Shown: piece by piece, positions 40,265 to 50,858 of the stretch | Layout: each line of letters starts with the position of its first letter | How positions within the stretch are numbered: the first letter of the stretch is position 1 | Virus record (IMG/VR): IMGVR_UViG_3300012936_000003 | Coordinates: 39,801-103,800 of that record | DNA length: 64,000 bases | Strand: one strand, 5' to 3' | Source: a virus | Notes under the pieces: model-generated | Seen by the model: only the letters and a program-made list of their open reading frames with translations | The model's database searches: none | What the model was told of the DNA's origin: nothing | Translations under genes and position numbers: made by a program

Positions 40265-43200
40265 TTAATCGCCATCTTCTCCATTTTTGCTTTCATCACA
40301 TGTGATGTTTGTGATTCCCATTTTTTCAATTACTTCTTCTTTACAGTCGTTAATTTCTATACTCTCGTCACACTTCAAGTTTGCTTCAGGGACTCTCTCA
40401 ATCTTAAACGGTTTGCAGTTGGTAAACGATATTTCATTCTCGCAAGAAATAGCAGTGGCAGGAATACCATCAACTCTCTTGTCTTTACATTCGGAGAAAT
40501 AAACATCATCATCACAGGTCATGTTGACCAGCGGTAACACATATGTTGTGATAACTGTATCTGCCGCATAAATACAACCGTCTTGAGATAGAGCAAAATT
40601 GCTTGGGTTTATGCTCGTTGTTAGAGCATATGCACCACACCTCTTTCTCAAAGAAGGTACACCCTTGTTGTTCAGGGAGAAGGGAACCTGTGGAACACCT
40701 TCTTTTCTCGCTCTAGAATTAACGTTATCTTGTTGGTCCGTTAGATAACTAAGGCTTGCATTGCAAATGATATAATCATCTTCATTACACTCTCCGGGAT
40801 TAACAAGGATTAAGGTTACTGTAGCAGAAGCAGTGTTGCCACAAGAGTCACCAACGATCCATTCAAAACTGGTCTCTCCTTCAAATTTGGAGCTTGGAGC
40901 AAAACTAAATGTTCCTGCTTCGCTGTCAAAGCTAAAAATCTCGCCGGAGTCTGAAACGGGCTCGCTCAACAATTCGTAATAAACTATGTCTGAGTCCTTA
41001 TCCCACGCTTTCAGTTTTTTATTAATTAAGATTTTACTGTCCTCAATTATTATTTCCTGATCAGAGGCGATAGGTCCAGAATTACAACACTCAAAGGTGA
41101 CTGCATGAAGTTTTGAATATTCTTCATCAATCACACCCTCACCAGCGGCAGTAACGCTTGTGACCGAATACTCTACGTCAAAAACACTACATCCGGAACA
41201 CGACATAATTTTCCCGTCTGTCCATTCAATATTTTCTCCCTGAACTGCATTGGCATCGTCAGAGTGTGATCCAATCCGCTCCCAGTCTGAGTATGTTCCT
41301 GTTGATTTTCTGTATCTTCTATAAATGTGATAAACGTTGAAATCACCTAAATCTTTCCACAACAAAGTAACGACACCATTTTGACGCTCTTTGTTTTCGT
41401 CGCAAATATCTCTGTCTTTTCTCGTGAAGAACTCTGGATTTTCAATTTCACCGCAACACTCAACCTCAATATTTATTTCAATCGGGGCAGTGTATAGTTC
41501 CTGATCTCCTTCAAGGTAGCATGGTGCTACAGCATATCGGTAGCTCAAGTTTGGCAAATTGCAATTTCTCTGGGTGTCTTCAATAATCTCTGTGTCTACG
41601 AACTTTCTATCTTGATCTGGGTACACCTTTGAGATTTCAATACCATCTCTAAAGATCTTGTAGTAAGTAATACCATCAATGGGTTCCCATTTTAAGACCG
41701 CCGAACCTCGTTCGTCACCTGAACCACAATCGCCGCCTTCGCCCCACACTTTTGTAATTGGAGGGTAGACAACAAAATCAATAGTGCCTGCGTCAGAACA
41801 CCAATCTTCCCAGCGAGCCGCCCTGTAGTTCTCAACAGTTGCATAAAACCTAAAACTATCCTTCCCATAAAACCCACGCTTTGGGGTGTATCTAAAACTT
41901 TTAGCATTCGCCCTACCGAGGCGACCAAACGAATCTACTGGTGGTCCGCTCTTTACGGTTACCGTTCCGCCCATGGTCGTGTCTGCTTTGTTAGATCTGA
42001 AGTTTACATAAGTGTAAAAATTAGAATTTTCGTCCTTGAGTTCAACATCAAAAATGCCAGTAAAGCTAGATCCTCCGGGGATTTTATATACCCTGCTTTT
42101 CACCTTGGGTGGGAAATTGGTACAAGGGAGTTTACCAGTTACACTGTTGCTTCTAGTTTCTCCGCAGTCGTTATGGGCAACCACATAATATTCATAGGTC
42201 GTCTTGCTTTCTTCTTGTCCGATACATGAGCTATCTTCTTCATCACACCAGTCACAACATTCTTTAATATTTGGAGGTGGAAAATCTACCCAAACAGTGG
42301 AATCAATCTGGATGGGTTTTCTACTGACAGAAGACTTTTTAACTTGATAACTAAACGAATCAGTATTCGCAATTACCCCAACCTTGGAACCAATAACCGG
42401 TATCGCTCGTGACCCCGGAGTAGAACTCTTTCTATATACAATATAATATTCGCAATTCTTCGCAGGAGTCCATGCAAGAATTATACCACCTTCTGTTTTG
42501 TTGCCTCGCCCCAATCTTGACACACTGTATGTTCTGTCTTTACCCCAGCCCGAATCCGCACTTAGTACAAGGTCGCCACTTGCGAAGTCAGCAGATGCTA
42601 ACTTGAATCCTTCGGGGGTGTCGCACGGACAACAGACTGTCGGGACAACTTCGTCATCCCCCATACCAAAACTTGTTGGATTTAAAGCGTGATAAGAAGA
42701 CTGAACATCAATTAAATCTATCTTGCCGTCACCGTTTGAGTCATACGCAGCGTCATAGATTTTCTTTTCAAACAAATCAACGCTTACCTCTGAATCTGAG
42801 GCAACAAAGTCTTCAGCAGTCTCACTCAAAATCTCGTTGGTGGTTAAGAAGTGTGCAGACACTCTCATGCCAAACTTTCTAAAAGAAATAATTTCGCTAG
42901 TATTTCGTGATACCGAATATAGAGAGTCCATCGGGCTGTATGACGTAGCGCCCAAAGTCGGAACAGCCGAAGCCAGCTTATTAAGAGTGTATCCGTTTGT
43001 ACTAATAAAAGATCTGCGAACCTCTCTAGGTGTCAACTTTCCATATACGGATTTCTTTTCTACTTGTATGTAGGTTAGGATGCCGGATCCCGGTTCAATA
43101 TAGCCATCAGACGAGGTAGCGTGAGCGATTACAACATCCTTGGTTGCATCTCTAGATGATGAAACAAGATGTGTAGTCCATCTTTTTCTAGAAACCTCGT

Positions 43201-46200
43201 CAGGTGCATCTGCTTCTGAGGATACACAATTAAGTAACCCTTCTCCAATTAAGCCGGAAATTTTAAACTGGGCTCCTGAAATAGATGCTTCGTCACACTC
43301 CGTTGCATAAGAGACTTCTAACAAAAGACTGTCGTCTGACTCAACAATATCTGAAATCCAAACCTTGGAAAAACACTTTGGTTTGACACAGAAATCAGAG
43401 CACTCATCTGGCACGTAGAATTCAAGATCAATCCCGTTAGATATTGTACACAGTTCTGTTGGAACAATATTCTTAATAGAAGATGCTTCTTGTCTGGATA
43501 CCACCGCCTTGCCCAAAGTGGCAAAAAGGTTTCGGATGGTTACCACATCTGAAATGTCAGCAACACCATCACCGTTGGCATCAAAGTAGTCTAGGACATA
43601 TTCTTGAAAATTCTCATCGTCCCGACCAATAAACGTTTCGGGATTGTATGTGATATTTGATAGATCATACGCCGACCCGCCAAAATATTTTGTAGTGACA
43701 CTCTCACCGTCAGGTAAAACAATAATACTGTCAGGAAAGCTGAGTTCCCCAGAACCGCCTGAGCAAAGAATAACCGAAACCAAGAAGTCTCGGACATTTA
43801 CTTGATTCTCTTGGTCAACGTTGTACCAGTCTCCGTTCCATTTTCTAGAAGGGTCTGTTCTGTTCGTGTTGGTGACAAGTTTGGCACTTGAAATTTCTGT
43901 ATCACCACCAACTACAATGCCCAACACTGATTGGATTTGTGATAATGACGGTGCGGTTCCTGAACCAGTATAACTGAGCTTAAATTTTGTTAACAGTCTT
44001 GGTTGATCATCGGGTGAAGAAGTTAAGTATGCAGCGCCCGCCGTTGGAACCTTCGTCATTCCATAGTCATATACAGCCAAGTAAGAACCATTGTTTCCTA
44101 GAGCCTGCAAGAACTTTTTATTTTTTGCATCCCCCTCTAAGCCATCTCTTACAATGACGAAATCATTAGGAACGTTTACATCAAACTGTATGCCTGACAC
44201 CTGTGACGATGGGAACTTATATTTAATTGATATTTCATACTCACCTTCGGAACCATCTGCCTCAAGAAATAAATAGTTGCCACACAATGACTCACCGAGT
44301 TCTGCGATTCTGTCAAGTTTTTTATTTATTTCTTTACTTTTTGCGATTGACAAAGAAGAAAACATTGTTATCATCATAACAAAAAGCTGGGTTGAGTAGG
44401 TGACCCTGTAAATTTCCTCTTGAGAAATTCCAGAGTTTGGAAGGTTTGCTTTTTCCAAGAATAATTGATAGGCATCCTTCAGGCAACAAACAATCTCTTT
44501 AAATCTTGGATCAATATTGCTTGCGATATTTTGTAGTCCGGAAACAACAGGGTTTGATGTGGCTTGATAAAACCCATAAGTAGGCGAAGCCGCAGTCATT
44601 GCATATGTCGGTGTTGCCATGTATGACGCATTTGTTCCATAACTGGTTGCATTGTTGGGGCTGGTTGCGTCAAAGTTGCCAGAAAGGTTCTGGACGTTTT
44701 GCCAAAGATCGCCCAACTTCAAAAAGAATGGGAAAACGCACACGCAAGAATCTATATCTCTGTTGATTGAAGCATCGGAGAGCCCTACTCTCAATAAGGT
44801 GTCATATCCCGACGAACGAATGGCGTTGGAGCCGTTGCCCATAATAACGCTGATTCCCGGAGAAATGTTTCTGAATGTAACACTCCACCCGTTATTTATT
44901 GCGATGCCGATCAGTGGATCTACCTGCTCAATTTCCGTTTTAAAGTCTGTGTTTAACACAACGAGAATAAAGGTATCAAAGTCGTCTCTACTTAGGCAAA
45001 AATTAACATCAAAGGTTTTAAGATCAATTGCTTGGAGATCAATCAGGTAGTCGCCATAACCCATGTCTACTTCATCTGTACACACGGAAAGCGGAGGTCC
45101 AGATTGCCACTCTTTGTTCTCTGTGTCTGGATTTATAGCATTGTTATCCCAGTTGTATTCAAAATCTTCTAGGCTTTCAGTCACTGTAAAAGCAGTTTGT
45201 TCTTCTAGGAAAGAAATTCTTTTTGTTCCGATTGGTTTATCAATAAAAACTTTACACAGTGTGCCGTGAGTTGGTTTTGCTTCGGTCCAACCGCTGGCAG
45301 ATGAAATTGTCCAAAGAGACAAGTCTAAACCACCGGAAAAAGCCGATGCTGTTTCGGTGTCTCCGTGTTCGCTCTGCGTCTCCACAATAGAAACACCCTC
45401 TGGCATTTGGAGATATAAATTAAAATCCGAGAGACCCTGTGCACATTTGTTTGAGATACAATATTTAATATCAAAAGACGCTCTAGGGTCTTCGCTAAAA
45501 GGATCTTCAGAATAGTTTTCCATCCATATTAATAACTCTGGATTGAATGCTGCCTCTGTATCTGTTTCGCAATCTACGTCGCCTTCTTTTCTAATCCAGC
45601 ACTTGTCGGCGCAAAGATTTGGAACATCGTCACAGATACAGTCTTCTACTTCGTGAACAACTGTAAAACTTTCTACAGTTGACACCGGCTCGCCTAGTGC
45701 TAGGGAGTTAATAGTTGCGGCGACCTTATAGGATACCTCATCTCCAACATCATAAACGTTTCCAGTGTCTGTCAAGCTCCTAACGTCTGTTTCAAGTTCG
45801 TACTGTACTACCTCACTACCTTTTGTCTTAAAGAGTGTAAGTTCTGAAATCTCTGAGTTTGGAGGGAGAGAAATATTCCACGACAGAGACACCTCTCCAT
45901 ATTCGCTAGTCCAACATTGACCAACGGATGTTATTGACAGAGAAATGTTTGCACCTTCACAGGATGGCACGCCGTATTCATTAAATGTTGAGGGTTGATT
46001 TACAACATCAAACTCTGAAGAAGTTGTAGAGATATTTGATCTCCACGAGACATAATATTTTGGATACTCAGGAATTCCAGTAGCAACACTGTCTAAATCA
46101 TGAACAAAGTTAAATACTTCTTGTTCTTCGTTTGCGATTGTGGCGAGAAGTTCTTTATCTGACTCTGGATCGTTTTTTGCATAAAGAAGATATTCTACAA

Positions 46201-47068
46201 CTTTAATTTCTGGATTGAACGGGGTGACCGCACCCCAACTGACGTTTGATTGGAAACCTAGCTCACAATCTCCATCAAGAAGTGCCTGCGCTTCTACCTC
46301 AATAAAAGCCTCGTCAGAATTAACATAACTAAACAGAGCCAAGATGTTGTACGTGTCTTTTCTTGCTCTATCATCAGAAGTTTCCTCAACGCCGCTTGGT
46401 AGGTTGATGTTTTCGGATAGTGCGAGTTTTAAATCATGGTACTGTACGTCTTTTAAGTTCTTTTTGACTCCACCATCCCAGACTTCGTTTCTTATCTGGG
46501 CAAATGGATCTACCGGCATATTACGACCTAGAACTACGTCTTCAAAAAACTTCCAATTGTAAACTTCTTCAAGGATTTGCTTTAAATCGTCACTAATCCA
46601 CCAGCCTCGTCGCATTGTATCGGGCGATGGTAACACATCGTAATGGTAGTGGCGATTGTCTTCGTCTGGCTGGTTTGGCTCATACGTTCCACGAACCATT
46701 CCGCTTTCAATCAGGACCATGACGTTGTTTGGAATGTTGTTCAGTTCTGGTCGGTCAATAGAAAGAAAATTTTCGTATCCTACAACTTCCGACACCATGC
46801 AAGAACCATTAAAATATTCTTTTCTGATTGCATGAAGACATTCTGACCAATCTTCACATTCCAAGATTTCATTAATAACACTGTCAAAGTTGTATACGTT
46901 TAAATAACTGCCGAGTTTGTATCCCGGTGCCTGCCGTTCCTCATAGAAATACTCTGTGTCGGGACCGGGCTCTGGGAGTGCATAATCCGGTCGTTCGGTC
47001 GGACCCCTTCCCTGAATTGTGTCTGGACCGACAAGTGTTAAGATATAGTTTTTGTTTTCTTCAGCCAC
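40265..47068 (-). CDS. Giant protein with cohesin-like, dockerin-like, FN3 and cadherin/Ig-like modules
   Basis: DANGDGVADISDV, DSNGDGKIDLIDV; SGIQFDV, SGAQFKI; LKW..YKIFRDG; YTPKRGFYGKDSF, FAPSSKFEGETSF. Confidence 0.65.
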   Translation of the reverse strand: MAEENKNYILTLVGPDTIQGRGPTERPDYALPEPGPDTEYFYEERQAPGYKLGSYLNVYNFDSVINEILECEDWSECLHAIRKEYFNGSCMVSEVVGYENFLSIDRPELNNIPNNVMVLIESGMVRGTYEPNQPDEDNRHYHYDVLPSPDTMRRGWWISDDLKQILEEVYNWKFFEDVVLGRNMPVDPFAQIRNEVWDGGVKKNLKDVQYHDLKLALSENINLPSGVEETSDDRARKDTYNILALFSYVNSDEAFIEVEAQALLDGDCELGFQSNVSWGAVTPFNPEIKVVEYLLYAKNDPESDKELLATIANEEQEVFNFVHDLDSVATGIPEYPKYYVSWRSNISTTSSEFDVVNQPSTFNEYGVPSCEGANISLSITSVGQCWTSEYGEVSLSWNISLPPNSEISELTLFKTKGSEVVQYELETDVRSLTDTGNVYDVGDEVSYKVAATINSLALGEPVSTVESFTVVHEVEDCICDDVPNLCADKCWIRKEGDVDCETDTEAAFNPELLIWMENYSEDPFSEDPRASFDIKYCISNKCAQGLSDFNLYLQMPEGVSIVETQSEHGDTETASAFSGGLDLSLWTISSASGWTEAKPTHGTLCKVFIDKPIGTKRISFLEEQTAFTVTESLEDFEYNWDNNAINPDTENKEWQSGPPLSVCTDEVDMGYGDYLIDLQAIDLKTFDVNFCLSRDDFDTFILVVLNTDFKTEIEQVDPLIGIAINNGWSVTFRNISPGISVIMGNGSNAIRSSGYDTLLRVGLSDASINRDIDSCVCVFPFFLKLGDLWQNVQNLSGNFDATSPNNATSYGTNASYMATPTYAMTAASPTYGFYQATSNPVVSGLQNIASNIDPRFKEIVCCLKDAYQLFLEKANLPNSGISQEEIYRVTYSTQLFVMMITMFSSLSIAKSKEINKKLDRIAELGESLCGNYLFLEADGSEGEYEISIKYKFPSSQVSGIQFDVNVPNDFVIVRDGLEGDAKNKKFLQALGNNGSYLAVYDYGMTKVPTAGAAYLTSSPDDQPRLLTKFKLSYTGSGTAPSLSQIQSVLGIVVGGDTEISSAKLVTNTNRTDPSRKWNGDWYNVDQENQVNVRDFLVSVILCSGGSGELSFPDSIIVLPDGESVTTKYFGGSAYDLSNITYNPETFIGRDDENFQEYVLDYFDANGDGVADISDVVTIRNLFATLGKAVVSRQEASSIKNIVPTELCTISNGIDLEFYVPDECSDFCVKPKCFSKVWISDIVESDDSLLLEVSYATECDEASISGAQFKISGLIGEGLLNCVSSEADAPDEVSRKRWTTHLVSSSRDATKDVVIAHATSSDGYIEPGSGILTYIQVEKKSVYGKLTPREVRRSFISTNGYTLNKLASAVPTLGATSYSPMDSLYSVSRNTSEIISFRKFGMRVSAHFLTTNEILSETAEDFVASDSEVSVDLFEKKIYDAAYDSNGDGKIDLIDVQSSYHALNPTSFGMGDDEVVPTVCCPCDTPEGFKLASADFASGDLVLSADSGWGKDRTYSVSRLGRGNKTEGGIILAWTPAKNCEYYIVYRKSSTPGSRAIPVIGSKVGVIANTDSFSYQVKKSSVSRKPIQIDSTVWVDFPPPNIKECCDWCDEEDSSCIGQEESKTTYEYYVVAHNDCGETRSNSVTGKLPCTNFPPKVKSRVYKIPGGSSFTGIFDVELKDENSNFYTYVNFRSNKADTTMGGTVTVKSGPPVDSFGRLGRANAKSFRYTPKRGFYGKDSFRFYATVENYRAARWEDWCSDAGTIDFVVYPPITKVWGEGGDCGSGDERGSAVLKWEPIDGITYYKIFRDGIEISKVYPDQDRKFVDTEIIEDTQRNCNLPNLSYRYAVAPCYLEGDQELYTAPIEINIEVECCGEIENPEFFTRKDRDICDENKERQNGVVTLLWKDLGDFNVYHIYRRYRKSTGTYSDWERIGSHSDDANAVQGENIEWTDGKIMSCSGCSVFDVEYSVTSVTAAGEGVIDEEYSKLHAVTFECCNSGPIASDQEIIIEDSKILINKKLKAWDKDSDIVYYELLSEPVSDSGEIFSFDSEAGTFSFAPSSKFEGETSFEWIVGDSCGNTASATVTLILVNPGECNEDDYIICNASLSYLTDQQDNVNSRARKEGVPQVPFSLNNKGVPSLRKRCGAYALTTSINPSNFALSQDGCIYAADTVITTYVLPLVNMTCDDDVYFSECKDKRVDGIPATAISCENEISFTNCKPFKIERVPEANLKCDESIEINDCKEEVIEKMGITNITCDESKNGEDGD

Positions 47069-47074
47069 GCTATT

Positions 47075-47359
47075 TTAACCCTTTAGATTTTTACCAATTC
47101 CGCTCACTCTGACAACCCTAGAAACATCCTTCTTGATTTCTTCATTGGAGTCGTCGGTAGGTTTAGGCATGTCATTTGTCTCGCAATTTAACCTAATGTT
47201 GCAAGAATTTCCCCCAACATCTTTTTGGCTTTCAATAACTAAATAGTCATTTTTCAGGTTCTTCACATTATTAGTGTGTGCGAGAAACCCTAAGAATCCT
47301 AGAAACCCGAACAACCCTGCTACGATTGCAATTATTGCTACAACTTCAACACCACTCAT
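47075..47359 (-). CDS. Membrane-anchored hypothetical protein
   Basis: MSGVEVV.. hydrophobic helix. Confidence 0.5.
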   Translation of the reverse strand: MSGVEVVAIIAIVAGLFGFLGFLGFLAHTNNVKNLKNDYLVIESQKDVGGNSCNIRLNCETNDMPKPTDDSNEEIKKDVSRVVRVSGIGKNLKG

Positions 47360-47384
47360 GTTAATAATTATTTGTTTTATAAAG

Positions 47385-47409
47385 AAAAAAGGCACCTTTC
47401 GGTGCCTTT
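47385..47409 (-). terminator. Rho-independent terminator
   Basis: GGCACC-GAAA-GGTGCC then T6. Confidence 0.85.
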
Positions 47410-47432
47410 AATTCATTAGTGTTTTATTACAC

Positions 47433-50021
47433 TTACTTAGTTGCCCAACTCATTAGGGTCTCGTTCAATCTTGAGTGTCTTAATTGCGAGTGAGCAGCGC
47501 CAGTATCTTCTTCTACGGACTCGTCGTCATCTTCTTCTTTACCCATGGCTTTCTTGATAGCCTTATCTTTCTTAGCCATGTAGTCGTCTGAATCAACATC
47601 TCCGTCGCCATCTTCGTCGGTGCCCTTTGATTCATACATGCCAGACTCATCGGCGTGTTCTTCCGAGTAGATAGAAAATGAACCGTCCTGATTTCTATCA
47701 ATTGCCAATCCCATATCTGACATGGCAACACCATCTTGTCGTTTCATCCGTGCGAGAGTTTCCCCATCACAATAAGCCATCAAAGTTCCATCATTGTCAC
47801 GAGTGACTTCACATTCTGGGTACTTGTTCATCAACTCCATGAATCCACCACTTTCTTCTTTCATGACTGTGGGCTCCTCATCGTCTTCTGCCTCAGCATC
47901 AAACTCTCCCATTGAGTCCCGCTCAGCCGCAGCCTCTGCGTCCGCATCGGTTGGCGCAGCATCACCATCAAGTTTGTACTTCTTCAACAACTGTGCGATC
48001 ATCTCATCTTCTTCGCTTGGCTCGCCGTACTCATCGTCAAAACCAAACTCATCGTCAAAACTACCAAACCCTTCTTGAAGTTTGGAGTGTACTTGTTCGG
48101 TAACCAGATCACCTAAACTTTTATTCTTTTTTAATTTCATTTTGTTTTTCTCCATAAGTTTGTTCTTAACTCCTTCTTTGAGGCTGTTAATAAAATATTC
48201 GTTATTTAAAATCTGTGGATACTTTTCAAATACTTCGGACAGCCGAGCTTTGATTACATCTTGTAAATTTTCCATAGTAACTTCTGCCGCCTCATCATTG
48301 TCAAGGTACATATCCTTGCCCCTGTCATAATACTTTCCAGCTTTTGGATCATAATAGAGGACAGCGCCGGAGCGGAACTGGAACGGACCTTCCATGCCGG
48401 GAATCTCATCCATGTCTCCCTTGAGATTAGGGACAATATGTCTGTCACGAGTTACATACTTATAAAACTCTTTGTTTGACATCTTCTTCATCATTTCTTT
48501 TTCCTCGTCAGAGCCAAAGAAATCTGGAATTCTGTGACGGGCTTCACCTTCTTGTAAGTTACCTGATTCAGCCGCCATTGCTAAGTCAATTCTGTGGGTT
48601 GGATCTTCACTTGAAATATCTGACCACACGAGAAGTTCCCAAGAGTTACCATTTTTTTCAAGATAGATAGGTGCTCCACCTTGTTCGCTCATAGTTCCTA
48701 AACCGGGGATGAATATTTCTATACCTCCGGGTCCACTTTCCATGCGAGGCATCCCCCCTTCGTCTTCTGTCATGTGTTCTTCTTTTTTCATTTGATTGTC
48801 TCCCTCTCCGTTTACAAATTTAATAATTCTTTGGTTAAATTCTTCATCTGAAAGACCTAGTTGTTTTTGAACGTCTTTGAGGGTTTGCTTGAATGTTTCT
48901 TTGTCCATTCCTGACATAGCTTTGCCTAGCTCACTTGTGGAATCCCACTTGTACCCCTCTTGGTAGTGTGCCCTGTGACCTACCCAGTTATAATCATCTT
49001 CTGGATTATCAGAGTCATCATAATCTTGAATACCCCTGTCAACTTCAACAAATTTAGGCTGAACGATTACCTCATCCCCCGGTCCACCATAAATGCGCTT
49101 ATCGGCAGCTTTAGTGAGCCTGACAACAATAGCAGGTAAGCCGCCCTCAATACCAATGCCGCCTGTGGTTGTAAGCTCAATTACTTCACCTTCGGCACCA
49201 GTAAGTGTTCCACCGATAATTCTTACATCATCGCCTTGCGCTGGACTTGTGGATGATTCAGTTAGTTTATATCCAAAACTCTCCATGAGTTTGAGATTTA
49301 ATTTTGCCCTTCTATTATCAAACATGCTTGTTCCCTCTCTTAATCCACGACCAAAGCCGGACTGAGTAGGCATCATGTCGTATTCTGTATCAAAACCGAG
49401 TTCTTCGTCTTCTTTATCCTTTATAGCTTGTTGCATATCCTGCGCTTCAGGAGAGTCAAACATGCCATCATAATAATCTTTCAACTGCTCATCGGTCATT
49501 CTATCAAGTTTTTCAATATCTCCGTAGGTTTCTCTCCTACCTGTAAGTTCTTTGGAATAGTCTCGGATCATTTGAATAAGATCGCCTCTATCCTCTGATT
49601 CGTATAAGTTGCCACCATTCATTTTAATTCCGTCCTCCCAATCTCGGAAGCATAGATTCCCTTGCTCGTATGCTTCTCTTTCCATTTCTCTAAGGTGTTC
49701 ATCGTTTTGAGCATAACCCTGCTCGCCAGCAGCACTAACATGCTGAAGGTCTCCACGCACGTTCTGAGCGTGATGAACCATCTCGTGGGCGATGGAGCGC
49801 ATAATGTCTTTCACATGTCTCCCATCCACGTACACCGTGATCCTGCTGTGTTGTGGTTCATAATAAGCAGTTTTACCAAGAGGATCTTTTGCATTCTCAG
49901 GATCTCTGGCAAGTCTAATGTCTGGCGAGTTGTCATACCCCAGTCTTTCTTTCGCAAATGGCATAAAACTTTGAAGAAGTTTATCTACGGCTTTAACGTT
50001 TTTTGGATAAATTAGACTCAT
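47433..50021 (-). CDS. Acidic modular protein with N-terminal HExxH zincin domain, probable head internal protein
   Basis: IAHEMVHHAQ..EREAY; many L-x-E boundaries. Confidence 0.6.
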   Translation of the reverse strand: MSLIYPKNVKAVDKLLQSFMPFAKERLGYDNSPDIRLARDPENAKDPLGKTAYYEPQHSRITVYVDGRHVKDIMRSIAHEMVHHAQNVRGDLQHVSAAGEQGYAQNDEHLREMEREAYEQGNLCFRDWEDGIKMNGGNLYESEDRGDLIQMIRDYSKELTGRRETYGDIEKLDRMTDEQLKDYYDGMFDSPEAQDMQQAIKDKEDEELGFDTEYDMMPTQSGFGRGLREGTSMFDNRRAKLNLKLMESFGYKLTESSTSPAQGDDVRIIGGTLTGAEGEVIELTTTGGIGIEGGLPAIVVRLTKAADKRIYGGPGDEVIVQPKFVEVDRGIQDYDDSDNPEDDYNWVGHRAHYQEGYKWDSTSELGKAMSGMDKETFKQTLKDVQKQLGLSDEEFNQRIIKFVNGEGDNQMKKEEHMTEDEGGMPRMESGPGGIEIFIPGLGTMSEQGGAPIYLEKNGNSWELLVWSDISSEDPTHRIDLAMAAESGNLQEGEARHRIPDFFGSDEEKEMMKKMSNKEFYKYVTRDRHIVPNLKGDMDEIPGMEGPFQFRSGAVLYYDPKAGKYYDRGKDMYLDNDEAAEVTMENLQDVIKARLSEVFEKYPQILNNEYFINSLKEGVKNKLMEKNKMKLKKNKSLGDLVTEQVHSKLQEGFGSFDDEFGFDDEYGEPSEEDEMIAQLLKKYKLDGDAAPTDADAEAAAERDSMGEFDAEAEDDEEPTVMKEESGGFMELMNKYPECEVTRDNDGTLMAYCDGETLARMKRQDGVAMSDMGLAIDRNQDGSFSIYSEEHADESGMYESKGTDEDGDGDVDSDDYMAKKDKAIKKAMGKEEDDDESVEEDTGAAHSQLRHSRLNETLMSWATK

Positions 50022-50030
50022 GGTTTTCCT

Positions 50031-50255
50031 TTACTTATCGTAACCCATGATAGGGTGTAATTTCAGCGCCTTGGCTACGTCGCCTTCGTTGGCATTCGGA
50101 TTATCTTTTAAAAAGGAATTAACAGCCTGACTAATGTCCATTTCTGACTCAAGCCTGTTGGAGATTTCCGAAGAAATAAAGCTGTAATCAACCTCGCCAC
50201 TTTCTTTGAGTGCTTCACGGATGATTGATTTAAGATTCTTAATGGTCATCTTCAT
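50031..50255 (-). CDS. Small protein with LKSIIREALKE leader
   Basis: 74 aa behind late motif. Confidence 0.55.
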   Translation of the reverse strand: MKMTIKNLKSIIREALKESGEVDYSFISSEISNRLESEMDISQAVNSFLKDNPNANEGDVAKALKLHPIMGYDK

Positions 50256-50280
50256 TAGACAAATTCCTCTCTACTCCCAG

Positions 50281-50289
50281 ATAAATAGT
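50281..50289 (-). promoter_or_regulatory. Putative late promoter ACTATTTAT
   Basis: Recurrent motif. Confidence 0.55.
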
Positions 50290-50314
50290 ATATAACACCT
50301 GAATTATACTTTTT

Positions 50315-50620
50315 TTAAGACAAAAACAAATAAAAGCCGGTCATTAAAGAAAGGTAGCTAATGAACGCCACATATGTGCCGACCATAGCAAGGCTTTTTT
50401 TTCGGTTTTCCCATAAAACATAAACCCCCATGCTGACGATGAGGGTTTTTGCAATGACGAACGGAACATCTCCCATCGTCATTAATAAGTTTGCTATTGG
50501 GTTTGCTTCTTCTAGGACTGCGAGGTGTTTAATGAATATAAGAGAAGCTATAGCGTCTACAGCATTCATGACAAGAACGGACGATAGTGCCCACTTTATC
50601 ATCTTTTCTCTTAACCACAT
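50315..50620 (-). CDS. Membrane protein (DUF5658-like)
   Basis: N..D..EANP..K pattern, three TM helices. Confidence 0.65.
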   Translation of the reverse strand: MWLREKMIKWALSSVLVMNAVDAIASLIFIKHLAVLEEANPIANLLMTMGDVPFVIAKTLIVSMGVYVLWENRKKSLAMVGTYVAFISYLSLMTGFYLFLS

Positions 50621-50627
50621 AAACTAA

Positions 50628-50858
50628 TTAAATGTCAATTATGATGACACCCCTTTCCTCGTCTTCTTCTTCGGGCTGATCTCTGTAGTAGTCATCAATA
50701 TGTGGAGGCGGCTCCAAAGGGATTTGTAATTCTGGTCTCCTTTGTTCTTCTTGTCTTCGCCTTTCTTCTTCTAGTTTTTCGTGAATGATTAGATCGTTAA
50801 GTTCTTCATCACTCCAAATTTCACGAATTCTCTCCCAAATCTGATCTAAGATACTCAT
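50628..50858 (-). CDS. Hypothetical protein
   Basis: RRPELQIPLEPPP..ERGVIIIDI. Confidence 0.6.
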   Translation of the reverse strand: MSILDQIWERIREIWSDEELNDLIIHEKLEEERRRQEEQRRPELQIPLEPPPHIDDYYRDQPEEEDEERGVIIIDI

